This document shows positions 28,044-40,470 of a stretch of DNA of 64,000 nt, piece by piece. The DNA lies in contig OZ234494.1 in assembly GCA_965153455.1 (NCBI GenBank), positions 9,424,001-9,488,000 on the forward strand. The letters are read 5' to 3'. Position 1 is the first letter of the stretch. Every line of letters starts with the position of its first letter. A model generated the notes under the pieces. That model saw nothing but the letters and a program-made list of their open reading frames with translations. It was not told the DNA's origin and made no database searches. A program made the position numbers and the translations under genes. This DNA is from Sphagnum compactum. Taxonomy: Eukaryota.

Positions 28044-31000
28044 GCAAATTTTCTAATTATCTCATTTAATTATTTTTTTAAAATTAAAATTTTAATTCTA
28101 AGATTTTTTTAAAAAGACCCTTAAATGGGCATTTTACTCGAATGTCACCGCATTCTCCTTATGTATGGTTATCTAAAAAATTTCTACAAACATATTTCCT
28201 CGTACCTAAGAAGACTTGAGTTGGTTTAAAGATTTTGTGGTTCCTACGGAAAATTGGGGGTTTGGTAGCGGAAATAAAAAAGAGTGGAAAATCTGGGTTT
28301 GGGTTTCTTGAGGGCTAAACCTTGGAGCTTGACAAAACACTAAAAATATGTGCCAAGAGTAATAATACATGAAGCCAGAATGAAAGATCAAGTAATGTAG
28401 TGTTCGGTGGGCTACCCAATCACCTCTCTTCAAATTAGGTGGTGTTTTGACTTCCACAAAGTCTCGTTGCGGTGGGACCATGATTTGCGGGGGGTGAGGG
28501 AGGGCGTAAAGGCATATATGGTGACCGAGACTTTGTTAAAAAAGAAAAAGAACCAACATGGGCCCCTAACCCGCCGGAACGGGATTCAAAACTTTAGATG
28601 TGAATTGAAAACAATCCCCCCGACCTCAAGAAAATTTAGATGATCATGCGCGGAAATTAGGGGTTATATGTATGATGTGTCAAAATTCCCTGAAGATAAT
28701 TCTCTTTCTTGGTTCTTACTCATATGCTTGTTCAGTTTGGGCTTCGGCCGTGTTTTACAAATGCGCGTGTGCGTGTGTGCATGTGTGAGTGTGCGTAAGG
28801 GGAGGAGGGGGGGGGGTTGAGACGTGTTTCACATGCACACATGCAAAGCTAGTGTGAAATGGATTGGAAAGCTGACCGAGCAAAGATTCAAGGTTCATGA
28901 TATGCTTTTGAGAGAGTGTTGTTGACGTGTTGTTTTTTTTTTTCCCCTTTCGTGGGTTTCAGGGTTATGTGTTGGTGGGATGAGCTTGAGGCAAGTGTAT
29001 GTCTCCTCCCGTCTTTTGATACTTAATAGCTTCCCTTTCCCTCCCCCCCCCCCCAAAACAAACACAAAACAAGGTTGATTGTGGCATCATTTTAAATGGT
29101 CCCTAATTCAAACAACAAATGAATTGATGTTTTGTCCAACTATTCATCATACATGGGTTTTCCATACAATAAAATAACCTAATTCAAACAACATTTGAAT
29201 TGATGTTTTTTCCAACTATCATGATTCATATGGGTTTTCTATACAAGAAAATAACTAAGTAAATTATTTTGGGAAGATTTGTTTAGGATACATTAACTCC
29301 TTGTGATATGATCTTGTGATCCGAGGTATCTATTCATTACCTTGAGCGTGGCTACATGTTGTAGACTAATAGTGGGCAAAAAAAGTGGCAAATCTTGTAC
29401 ATAGTCCACGTTGCAACTTTCCCCGTTTTAGCTACCTTTCTCAAAACCTCGACTACGGGGCTTTGTGTGAAGAAGATGAAAGGTAGATTGGATAGTGCTT
29501 GATAGAAGGTATTTAGTGTCTTTCCGAAAGGTATTCATCCAAGATTCTCTTTATCTCAATTATTGGAAGGAGGAAAAAAAAGGATTACACCGATTTATTC
29601 AAGTCAACATTGCAGTCGGTTCCTTCCCCCCCCCCCCCTCCCCCAAGAAATGGTAAAAAGCCCAATAGTAAGGGATTTTTAAATTTTATGTTGAGTCTTC
29701 TTAAATCCTGTCCATAATGTTTATTTATCTAATTATTGCCCAAAAAAATCAAAAGATTAGAATATCAAGAGTTTTTTTGGGAATATTTGTGAGGAAATCA
29801 ATTTAAAATAATTTTTGATGGTTAAATATTCCTCAAATTGTGGTCTCAACTTATTATTCCCTTGGGAAAAAGAGGCCTCAAGATAGTTGAAAATTTGTTA
29901 GAGTTTCATAGTCACTTAACCATTTCAAAGTATATATTCCTCAATATTGTGATATCTAAACTTTGGTGAAAATTTCCCAAAAAATGAGGAAAATTAGTCA
30001 AAATTACACTAGAAAAAATAAGAACTTCCCAAAAGTATCCCAATTTTTTCTTGGGAAAAAAAAAAGCACTACTCACTTTGGTGACTTTAAGAATATTAAG
30101 CCAAGTAAACTTTATTCTACTAAGGTGTCCACCCCCGCCCCCCATGCTATGTAGGTATTGATCTTTTGTCCAATGAGACATCCATCTGTATCATCAACAT
30201 TGGCCATTGCCCAACCCCAAACAAGATAGGTTCCAATGTTGGTTGACATTGCATGTTACAATAGAGAGATGTGGGGATATCCTCCCAAATGAAATTTTGT
30301 TATCATCCTATGTGATTTGTTTGGTTTGCAACCTTTGGATTTCCCATAGCAAAAAAGCAAAGCCGCATTATTTGGTACCTAGTCGAGCTTCATGTGATGT
30401 ATGTATTTTGTTGTTGCCACTTGAGGAGGGGTTAAAGGATAAGTTTGTACATAGTTTTGTAAGGGGGATAATGGTGGGTCTATAGTAAATTATTTGAAGT
30501 CATATTTTGTGGCTTTACCTTCAAGAACATCGTCACCCGGCACTTGTGAAGATGGAATTCCAAAATATCTCATTGCTACATCCGTAACCCCAAGTGCCCT
30601 CCCTCCCCATGGCCTGAATAACCATTGGTTCATGACATGGGTTTTTCCCAAAAGATTTAACACATGTTTCAAATTGGTTGCATCCATCCACACGTCAACA
30701 ATTCATGTCAACAATTGCATCATTCCTTTCCTTGGGGGTGAGGGTTAGGGGAAGGTGGGGAAATTTGGACAACACTTATATAGGTCACCAAATTTTATTT
30801 AAAGAGAAAGATGGGGGACACATGTTGAATGAAGTACATCCATTTGCATCATCCTCATCAAGTCCATCAACAAACCCATGTTCTCGCCAAGACCGTTGTA
30901 CTTACAAAGGCATTACACCACTACTATGGAGAAATCTCAAAGAGCCCATTTAGAAACCGTGGAAATAAAAAAAAGGAGAAGAAGATAGGGTATTTTGTCA

Positions 31001-32739
31001 TGGGTATTGTTTGATGAAAGACACCCAAATTGGAGGTGGAAATGTAGCCACCATTCATGTCCGGTGCACACTACAAAATCTTCGACTCTCTTAATTTTAT
31101 TTTATTATTATTATTAATTTTTAGGGCTTCTCTCCCCCAACAAAAAAGTTATAGTAGACATCCATGACATGCACACAATCTCATTAATTCGTTCAAATGT
31201 ATATCTCTCACACTCTTGAGGGTAGAACAACTTTGAAGTTAGGGCAAGAATTGAAGCTTTATGTGCATGTTCTTGTGTTTGTATATGAGTGTGTGGTGTG
31301 TGCATGTGTTGTATAAGATTTTTTTTTTTGGGTTTGGGTGATTTTCAATTTAGTGAGCTCCTAGTGGTGGTGGTGGTTTGTTTTATTTTTGCAAATGAAT
31401 GTCTCTCTATAATGTGAAAAAACCTTAGCAAATTTTTCAATAATAAAAACCGATTGAAAATATTTTCATCCCAAATGAATGGCAAACCTTAGCAAAAATT
31501 TCAGTAATAAAAAAGCATAGAAAAGCATTGTTTTTCCATCCCAAATGAATGGCTTGCACTTTGAAAAACCTTCACAAATAATTTTCCTAAAAATACATAA
31601 AGCACAAAGGAAAAAAGCAAACTTTGTATTTTTTTGTCGCAAATTAATGAATGAGTCACACAAATTGAATAAAACACCTTCACAAAATTCTTTCCCTAGA
31701 AGAAAGCACAAAAGAAACCCCCCCCCCCTCCCCCCAAAAAGTTTTTGCTTCCCAAATGTATGACTTGCAAAAAATTGTTTTTTAAAAAAGATCACAACCT
31801 TTGTGTTTTTGTCCCAAATGAATGATTCACAAATTTTAAATAAACTTCCAAATGAATGATTAATTTTTATTTTTTTCTTGGGTTTGTTCCAAACAAATGA
31901 TTTGCACAATTTAGATAAACCTTCACAAATATTATTCTTTCACCAAATGAATGAAACAACTTGCTCGAACAATAAATTAATGTAAATACACCTTTGGAAA
32001 GTAGTTTTCTCCCAAATTAAATGATTGAAAGAACTTGCACAAATGTAAACAAACCTTGACAAATAAGTTTTCTCACAAACAAAATGAATGTAAAACTCAC
32101 ACAAATAATGCAAAAAAAAGCTTAACAAATTGTCCTTTGTTTTCCTCCAAATGAACCAACAAAGGAAAAACTTGTACACAATATAACAAAACTCACTTGG
32201 AACCATGGTTTTTTTAAAAATTAAAATTGTGTGATATAAAATTTAAAAATTTAAGAAAATTTCCCCAAAAACAAATAGCAAATCTAGTCGAAGAATTTAC
32301 ACTAGTAAAAAAAAATCGAAAAATGGGGAAAAGTTTGGGTCCAAAAAACCACCAAATGCGGCAACCCCCTTTCTTCACCCCGTTCCCGGCCAAAATGAAA
32401 AAAAGTCACTTGAATCCCCGCCTGCCCCCCCCCACCCCCGAATTTTGCGATATAAAGAAAATTACGAAAATTTCCCCATTTTGTCACCCCAAGGCTCCCA
32501 GAAAGAAAACAAAAGAAAAGAGATTTTAATTTAATTTAATTTAATTTGATTTAAAAATAACTTGGAAAAAAGAGAAGAAAAGAAAATTAGATTAAAATAA
32601 TAATTTTGAAAAAAACAAAAAAAAAAAAACCCCCCAACATGAACTTGAAAGTTTGGAACCCCAAAAAGAAAAAAAGAAGAAAATTTCTTCAAAAAAAAGA
32701 AAAAAAAAAACTCTGGTTTTGGGGGGGGGGTGTGGGGGT

Positions 32740-35700
32740 GCCGTATCGCCGCTGCTGCCGCCGATCTTCTTCCTTCTTCCTCTTGCACTGCGCTATGCTT
32801 TGCTTATCGCTACTGTTGCCGCTGCTTTTGCTGCGTCGTTGCTGGGTTGCTGCTACCGCTGCTGCACTTCCCCCTGCGTGCCTGCCCGCCTGCCTCGGTC
32901 TTCTTCTCTCCTCCCTCTTCTGTCTTCTTTGCCGTTGCGTTTTCTCTCTTCTACTATCCTCCACAATCCGCACATGCAAACGAGTTCCTTGTCCAGAAGA
33001 AGCTGCGCTGGCTGCTGAAGAAAGAAAGAAAGAAAGAAAGAAGGGAAGGACTGACGGAAGGAGTCGGAGTCATAGCCGTCCGCCCGCCCACCCGTCCGCC
33101 CGCCCACCCGTCCGCCCGTCATCGCTCCAGAACTACCTAGCGACTACGCGTTTGTGCCCGTCGGTCTTGTGTTGTGAGAGAGTAGAGTGAAGGTGAAGAA
33201 GAAGAAGAAGAAGAAGAAGAGAAGGGTTTGTTCATTATCGGGACTTTTCTTCCTTTTCTTTCCCCCTTGTTGTGGATCTCGTTTTTGTTCCCTCTCTTTT
33301 GTGTGCGTGCGGCGGCGGGAAGAGACATAGAGACGGAGAGAGGCGAATTTCGGTGGAGTATTTGTTTGTTTCTGTGGGGGAAAAGGAAGTCCCGGGAGCT
33401 TTCTTTCGGTTCATGATGATGGATTTCTTTGTGGCTTCTTGTACTTCTTCTTCGCGATGATTCTGGCTGCGTTTTTGAAGAAGGAAGAAGAGATACTTCG
33501 TACTGAAAGAGAGAGAGAAGAAGAAGAAGAAGAAGAAGAAGAAACGGGAAAGTGTGTGCTTGTGCAGACGAAACCGGATTTGCTGCTTTTGCGTGCTCTT
33601 TCTTTCTTTCTTGTTGATGAACGGCGGCACGTTGGAACAACACTCGACAAGAGAGAGAGATTGCTGCTAGGTATTACTACATACACCGTCTCTTTCTTTC
33701 TTTCTTTCGTTCTTTGTTTTTCTCTCTGGTTTGTCTGTCTTTCCTGTCTTCTTGTTGGAATCTCTTTCTATCTTTCGGTCTTTGGCTCTTTCTTCCGATT
33801 CTATCGGTTCTATGTGCTCTACTTGTTGGTGTTTCAAGCATCAATCGCCTCAGTCATCATTCTTGTGAAAGAAAGATCGGCGAACATCATCGGCTTGTTG
33901 GTTCTGGAGCCATCTTTCCAACGGTGGGTGGGAGGAAGGAAGGAAGGAAAAAAGGAGAGTCCTCTTTTCCTTCCTTGGAGAAGTTTTTTGTTGTTGTGGT
34001 ACACACAGCATGCTATGTATGTACGTATGGATTGTAGTAGCCTTTTCTTAGTTAGGAAAACAGACAGATCTGTATGCATGTCTGTTGTGCCTGTGACGTG
34101 CAGCTCATAGGGCTGTCTTCCTTCTTCGCAAAGGAGTATTTTTTAGTGATATTCAGATCATGGGTGATGCATCTCCTGGCTTTCTTGGTGATTGGTTTGT
34201 TAGCTACAAATCATTCTGTTTTATGGTGTCATCCTGTGTAAGATGCAAGAGGGTTGCTTCAGTGGGTGTGCTTTCTTTGAGGGCCTTGATTTGGCTTTGT
34301 AGGTGTCTCTATGTATTGCACCTTTCATGCCCTTGAGTGCTGCCACAGTCCCCAAAGCTACAAAGAGCACTGTATGTGTGCATGTTGACTGTTTTGAAAT
34401 ACATATAATTTGGTGTTCTCCTCACCTCTGGCATCTACTCCTCCACACAGATTGCCTTCTCTGTTGTGATGTGGGTGTTCTCTCTGCATGTATTCTCTGT
34501 TGCTGTAAGGCAGAGAATAATAAGTTACTAGAGCAGGAAATCACTTTGCAGAATCCTTTCATCTTCTCTTGCTGAAGCAAGTAGGTTTATGGGCATTGGA
34601 AAAATCAGGAGACTGATTTCATATGATCCCTGCACAATGCAGAAGGCATTCATTCAATGTGTTTGATTTGTCTTCCAGCTATTCCTTTTAGAAGGGTGCC
34701 CTTTTTTGCAATGTTTTGAGGTCCGATAACAGTGTCAGAATTGATGTGTGCAGTTTGCAGGTGTGATCATCAGGCAAGAGCAGGCTTTTGCACTGGGCAT
34801 CCATCATCACAAGGGAAGAAGAACTTTGGCTGTTAAAAGCCAATGTTTAGTAGGTCAGCAGGCAGCCTTATCTGGACCACCTCTGTTTTTCTTCTGGTCT
34901 TTTGCCTCTTTTATGGTGCTTGATAGAAAACTGTTGTAGCTAAATGATTACAGGATCCCTTTGGTGAGACATGGCAAAACATGAGAATTGAATGGTATGT
35001 CTTGTATTCAGAAAATGTGTGCAGCAAATTTAGTCTTTGGTTCTGGATGTTGGCAGTGCAATAAGCACACAAGTATTTGGTGTGGGATGCATTGATCTGC
35101 TTTGGTGAAAAGCTATGTCTCAGTTATCAGACTAAACTTGCAGAAGACTCCCTAGCAATTTCATGGGATTGCCCTAGTGGAATTCTCCTAAATGTACTGT
35201 AATGTTGACAGTTTTGGTTGTCTCCCTTGGTTCATGATATTGAGAACCAACCCCTGTTGTTCTTATGCATAGGACATAGTATTTGCAAGGACTTTGGGGA
35301 GCCAGTCACTTGCCTATGTGACTTGTCAGGTCACACAAGTCTGTGCAGCAGGACCAAACCTGCTGCTGAAGCTTTATGTGGTTGATAGGCAGTCAAAACT
35401 GTGATCTGTTGGTGCTGGTTTCTATCAAGGAGATACCTCACTGTAGCCATGCCAAGATAATAGCTGCCTCTGCTTTTGTGGCATATGATTTACATATTTG
35501 ACAAGAAACATTGATTGTGTGTAGATATTTTTTGTTATGTATATGCATGTGTGTCCCTTGCGTTGTCCATGAGGTGGTGACTGCATTTTTTTGGCTGGTT
35601 GCTGGGATGTAGTGGCAATGACTGTAATGATCAGGGGTGACAAGGCCCTTTTTTTAGTCCTTTCAAGGACTGAGGATTTTTCTTACAGTCAGTTTTACAT

Positions 35701-36383
35701 CAGTTGCAAACCATCCCACATCTTGCACCACTACTCGGAGCTAATGAAGCCAGTGGAGATAGTATGGTAGCTGGTCACTACCATACTTGTTCCTGTTGAA
35801 GGTTACTGAACAGGTGTGTGACTGTCACTGTTGTTCAAACTGCTCCTTAGTTTTTAGGGTTGAATCTGTTTGCAGAAATGTTGTTGGATGTAAATCTCTA
35901 TATCCCTATCATTAGGTCATTTCTCGGTTTTATTCATGTTGACTTTAATTATCTCTCGATATCCTCCATTTTCATGATGTATTGTTCCATTGAAATCCTC
36001 CAAGGTTGGAGCACATTGGTTGAAGAGTTGGATTGTGTACTGGATGTTGGTGTTTCCCCTAAGCCTGATTCAGATTTGTGCTTTGCATTAAGGGCCGACC
36101 TATTGCAACCCACTGCCTCTCCAAAAAATTTCACTATTTCAGTCATATCTTTGATGTTGGCTGGTATCTGACATGTTTGCATGCACTTTATGTTTTCTTG
36201 AATCTGTCTGGTTCTTATGGAATTCATGTGGTTGTGGTTTGGCATCCAGCCAGTGGAGATTGTGGATACCCACATACCAACTTCATTGAGGAGGAATAAG
36301 ACACTGGGCCTTGAAAGTGGAGGAAATTGGAGGACTGGTGCCAAGCTAACTGAAAGCTTTGTTGTGATCATTGGTGTTATAAC
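32740..36383 (+). other. Probable long intron-containing 5' UTR of the RING E3 gene
   Basis: GC-rich, CTT/GAA-microsatellite-rich block at 32740-33670 ending at a candidate donor ctag|GTATTA (33670), followed by T-rich intron-like sequence; candidate acceptors at about 34760 and 36249. No transcript support. Confidence 0.5.
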
Positions 36384-39300
36384 ATGGATGAGGGCATGGA
36401 CTCAAGAAGGGGTCCTCCACATGTTGGAGGGAGCCACTGGCTTTCAACTGACATAATCTACCAGCCTGGTAGCAGCAGTGGCAACAGCAGCAGGGTGATT
36501 AGGATGGATGAAGCAGGTGAATCTTCATCTGGTGGACGGGGTGTGTATCGCCAAGATTGTGGAAAAGGTCCAGAATCTAGTAGACCCCCGATTCACAAGC
36601 CAGCAGCACAGGTCTCTTCAAAGCTTGTGGCTACACGATCCTCTGGTGCTCGAAGAATGCAGAGAGCCCAACAGGCATCCTTGCAAGGACCCTGGAATGT
36701 ACTGCAGAGCTACCCAGGGGGGTTGAATGACCCAGCCCTGGAGTGTACAGGCATGGATGGTGAAGCCAACCTTGCTATGGGTCTTAACACACAACAACTT
36801 GTATCAGATGAGGCTGCACGACCTTCAGGTCAGGAACAAGCAGACAATGAGTATAATCTATTTTGGGCAAGGGGAGGTCACAGCACTCCTGATGGTCTTG
36901 CTGGGAAAGGACCAGTTCCGGGAAGTAGTGCCACCGAGTATTTCCCAAGCAGGAGGGGACATGTAACAGAGCACATTGGTGCTTGGAATGGAATGTCTGG
37001 AGTACCACCATTGGGAAGCAGGCAAGCTCAAGCAGGTGCAGATGTTGCCTATCCTAGAGTCAGTATTGGTAGCATTGGTATTGAAGAGAGACAGGGGGGT
37101 GATGTTGGTGGAAGTATGAGTTTTAATTCGCTGAACTCTTTCTACGGAGATCACCAAGATTTTCTGAATGAAGGCAGAAGTGGTTTTAATGAGAAGAGAG
37201 CAGATGATTCCAGTGGAAGTGTGACTTACAACTCTCTGTATGTTGACCACCCAAACTACATGGATGAAGCCAACTTACAGGCTAGCAGCAGTAATTATGC
37301 CCACTCGGCTCAAGTGGAGGCATTTTGGGCTGCTGCTAGTAGGCATCATGCCTCGTTGGACACTCATGCAGCCTGCAGGAGCAATGTATTCCCTATTTCA
37401 ACAGAAAGACATTCACTGAGGAGCAATCTACCAGGGAAAACTTCAGAAAATGGAGCGAGTAGTTCTGGTAATGCAAGTAGTACCTCCAGAAGTTCTGCTT
37501 GCAAGAGAAAGAGTTGCACCCCAGTGGCGGCAGGTAGTTCATCTTCTCAAAGTGATTCTCTTCACAGAGGTCGGTTCCGGGAAAGCTACAGTAGAGGGGC
37601 AGTTGAAGGTAGCAGCATGAGTAGGTGCAATGCAGGCATTGCAGGTTGCACATCTGCTTCTGATGTTGGGGCCTCCACGTCCTCTTCAGCAGAGGCATCC
37701 TGCAGAGGGCTAGGTTTTGCACCCTTGGTTGGGACTGGCACTGAGGATCCCCGAATTTCACATTTTGGCAGTGAAACAGAGTTGTTGCTGGAAGCTCGTA
37801 GGGATAGCCGTGCTGGGAAGAATGCTGTCAGCAGTAGCAGTACATCAGGAAATCCTCATGGATTCACTCAAGGAGGACCAGTTGGAGTGGTTTTAATGGA
37901 GGCAGGAGCAGTACAGCCTCCTGCCCCTTTTGCTCGGACTGTGCGTAGAGCTGTACCAGGACTGAGCCCTGAAACCTGGGGCTCTTCCAGAACACCACTC
38001 ACTGACTCATCAATGGATGCTGATAACTCTATCTCTACCACCAACTTGCTTGTTGATCAGATGCTCAGTTCTAGTCCTCCTTTGTGCCATGGTAGTCCTT
38101 CTGTCATTGGTGGCAGAGGTGGACCCCCAGCATCTCTACGACGCAGTGAGAGCATGCTTGGTTCGAGTGGTTTAGGAGAGCCAACAACTCTGAGGTACAT
38201 GGGTAACAACAACAATCGAAATTTGTCAACCCGTGCAGCAAGTGCAAGTCAGCTCAGAGCAGCAGTTGCAGCAGAAAGGAGATTACGCAATCAGGCCATC
38301 AATTACCACAGCTTACAGTCCATGTCTCTCACTGCTCCCTTGCCCTCCAACCCTGTGGTTCCAATGATGCAAACTACTGCTAATTCAGCAGCCCCATCCT
38401 CACCATGCCCTTTAAGGCCACCACCACACCCTCCAATACCACGGAGCAGACTACAGGGGAGCACCACACATATGTCAATACTTTCCCCATCGTCATCAGG
38501 AGCTGCACCTTCTCGTCTTGCTCATGCTCCTCCTTTCAACCCTTCTGTTCTTGCTCCTTCCATAGACTCTCTTCCATCAGCAGCAACTCTTTTGCAACGG
38601 TCAATGTTGCCAAGGCCGTCTGCATCCGGTGTGCGTGACAGAGGTCTTTCATCAGTGGCTGAAAGTCTACTTGGAATGCCTTTCCGGGGATTACACATGT
38701 CTGCCGGTGAGGGAGCACATCAGCCCCGACTTGCGGCTGAGGGGCTGGCTGAGGTTGGTCATCTCAATTGTGCCTTCCTCTGATCATTGTTATAAGTTTT
38801 CGAATTACAGTATTGCTCAAGATGGTTGTGTATTGGCAAATATGAAACTTGGATGTAAAGTTAATGTAAGCAATTTCCGTGATGTTGAAGCTACCAGTAG
38901 GCCTGCAGCCTGTATGACTGAACCATTCTTGATGACTCATGGACAATATTTCTGCTGTCTTAACTGGAACTGAGGCTTTCTTTGCTTGAAAATGGTGTGA
39001 AGCAGATTCTGTTGGCGTTGGAGCGTGTGGAGAGAGATGAGGATCTGACATATGAGGTACATTCACCTTTCCGTTGCATAGTGTTGTACTCCATGTTGTG
39101 TGGGGGTAGTGATTCTGAGTTTCAGCCTTCACTAGCCAAGCATGCTGCTCGACTAAACCATGTTCACCATGTTACTGTAGAGTACATCGGGATGTCTTTT
39201 TTGGTCACAAAAGTGGTCCATTCTTGGAGTGCACTTTGGATGCTGACAACATGCTGCAAAGCTTGTTCATCTTTAATCTGAAAGGAGAGAAATAGTTTTC

Positions 39301-40470
39301 CGGCACATGAAATTGGAAACTGTAGTCAGTTCTGACAAAGGATGGGTTGCTTTAATGGGTGTAGCAACTTTTGATGCTGGAGGCCACCTTGCTGTTTGGG
39401 GGAATGGGGCTGCATGACCAGCACAGTGACCTGCGTCTTGATGTGGACAACATGTCCTATGAGGTGCTTTACTTGTGAAACCCCCTGTTTTCAGTAGTTC
39501 TGGCAGTATCTGATGTACTGCTGAAGGCTTTGACTGCAGGATATTGCATATGGCAAGCTACTTTAGTGCAGCTGCCGGTCTTCAATTGTCAGGCTGATTT
39601 TGGATGATGATGTGGTGCAATTATCAGTCTTGATGTTGTGCTGTCCTTGACACTAACCTAAAGATCACAGGGTGAAGAACGTCTTTTCTCAATCATCTCA
39701 TTGATACTGGAAGCCCTGATCAGGTTGTGTTGAACTCTCATTCACTATGGCTTGTTGGATTTGTGGCTAAAGTTGTTGGATCATCTTTGTGTGAGCACAG
39801 GAGCTGCTTGCTTTGGAGGAGAGAATAGGCAATGTGAGCACAGGAGTGACTGCAGACGTGGCAGCCCAAAAGCTGAAAAGAAGTCGATATTCCTCCCTGG
39901 ATGCAATGGTTGCTCATTTCTCAGAGGAATGTGACATTAAGTGCAGTATATGCCAGGTAAATACATTTCTGAATCCATGTGAGGATTTTTGGAGTAAGCA
40001 GTGTTCATAATTGATATTGTTTGTGAATAATCTGAAGTCTAATCACCATTCTCTGGTTGTCCTATTTCCATTTTATTTTCCTGCAAATTCTCTATGCTAC
40101 AATTGTCCAGTGTTATTGCTTTTCCCATTGTGCTGTTACTCCACAGCCTATTGAAAGGCATGAACTTAGGCAAGGTCATTTTTTTCTCTGCAAAATGTAT
40201 ATTCCATCTCTTACATGTTGGTTGCCTGACATGTAAGTATGTTTTCCCTCTCATCTATGAGCAGATTTATGGCATTGGAGGAGAAAGGCTTTAACCAGAC
40301 AAATAGTAACATGTGAATCTGTTGCCTTTTTATGTTTGCAGGAGGAGTATGTGGAGGGTGATGAGTTGGGAAAGATTGATTGTGGGCATGGTTACCACGT
40401 GTCATGCATCCAGCAATGGCTTGTGCAGAAAAACCAGTGCCCTATTTGCAAGGCAACTGCCTTGTCATAG
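36384..40470 (+). CDS. RING-H2 E3 ubiquitin ligase, CTL family (MBR/RHG1A/HIP1-like), 934 aa
   Basis: Exons 36384-38753, 39006-39056, 39365-39463, 39801-39956, 40342-40470, all phase-0 GT-AG. C-terminus HDQHSDLRLDVDNMSYEELLALEERIGNVSTG...CSICQEEYVEGDELGKIDCGHGYHVSCIQQWLVQKNQCPICK gives the YEELL motif plus a C3H2C3 RING; long Ser/Gly/Pro-rich N-terminus. Confidence 0.93.

Noticed and set aside
30200-31080. Possible LINE or other retroelement fragment
   Set aside because: No diagnostic motif could be read with confidence.
23000-33000. Conserved plant miRNA, tRNA or rRNA genes
   Set aside because: No mature conserved miRNA sequence or tRNA/rRNA signature recognised by eye; an Rfam/miRBase search is needed to exclude them.
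32531-34110. Many overlapping 100-220 aa ORFs
   Set aside because: Low-complexity, microsatellite-driven frames in a probable UTR/intron; no recognisable domains.
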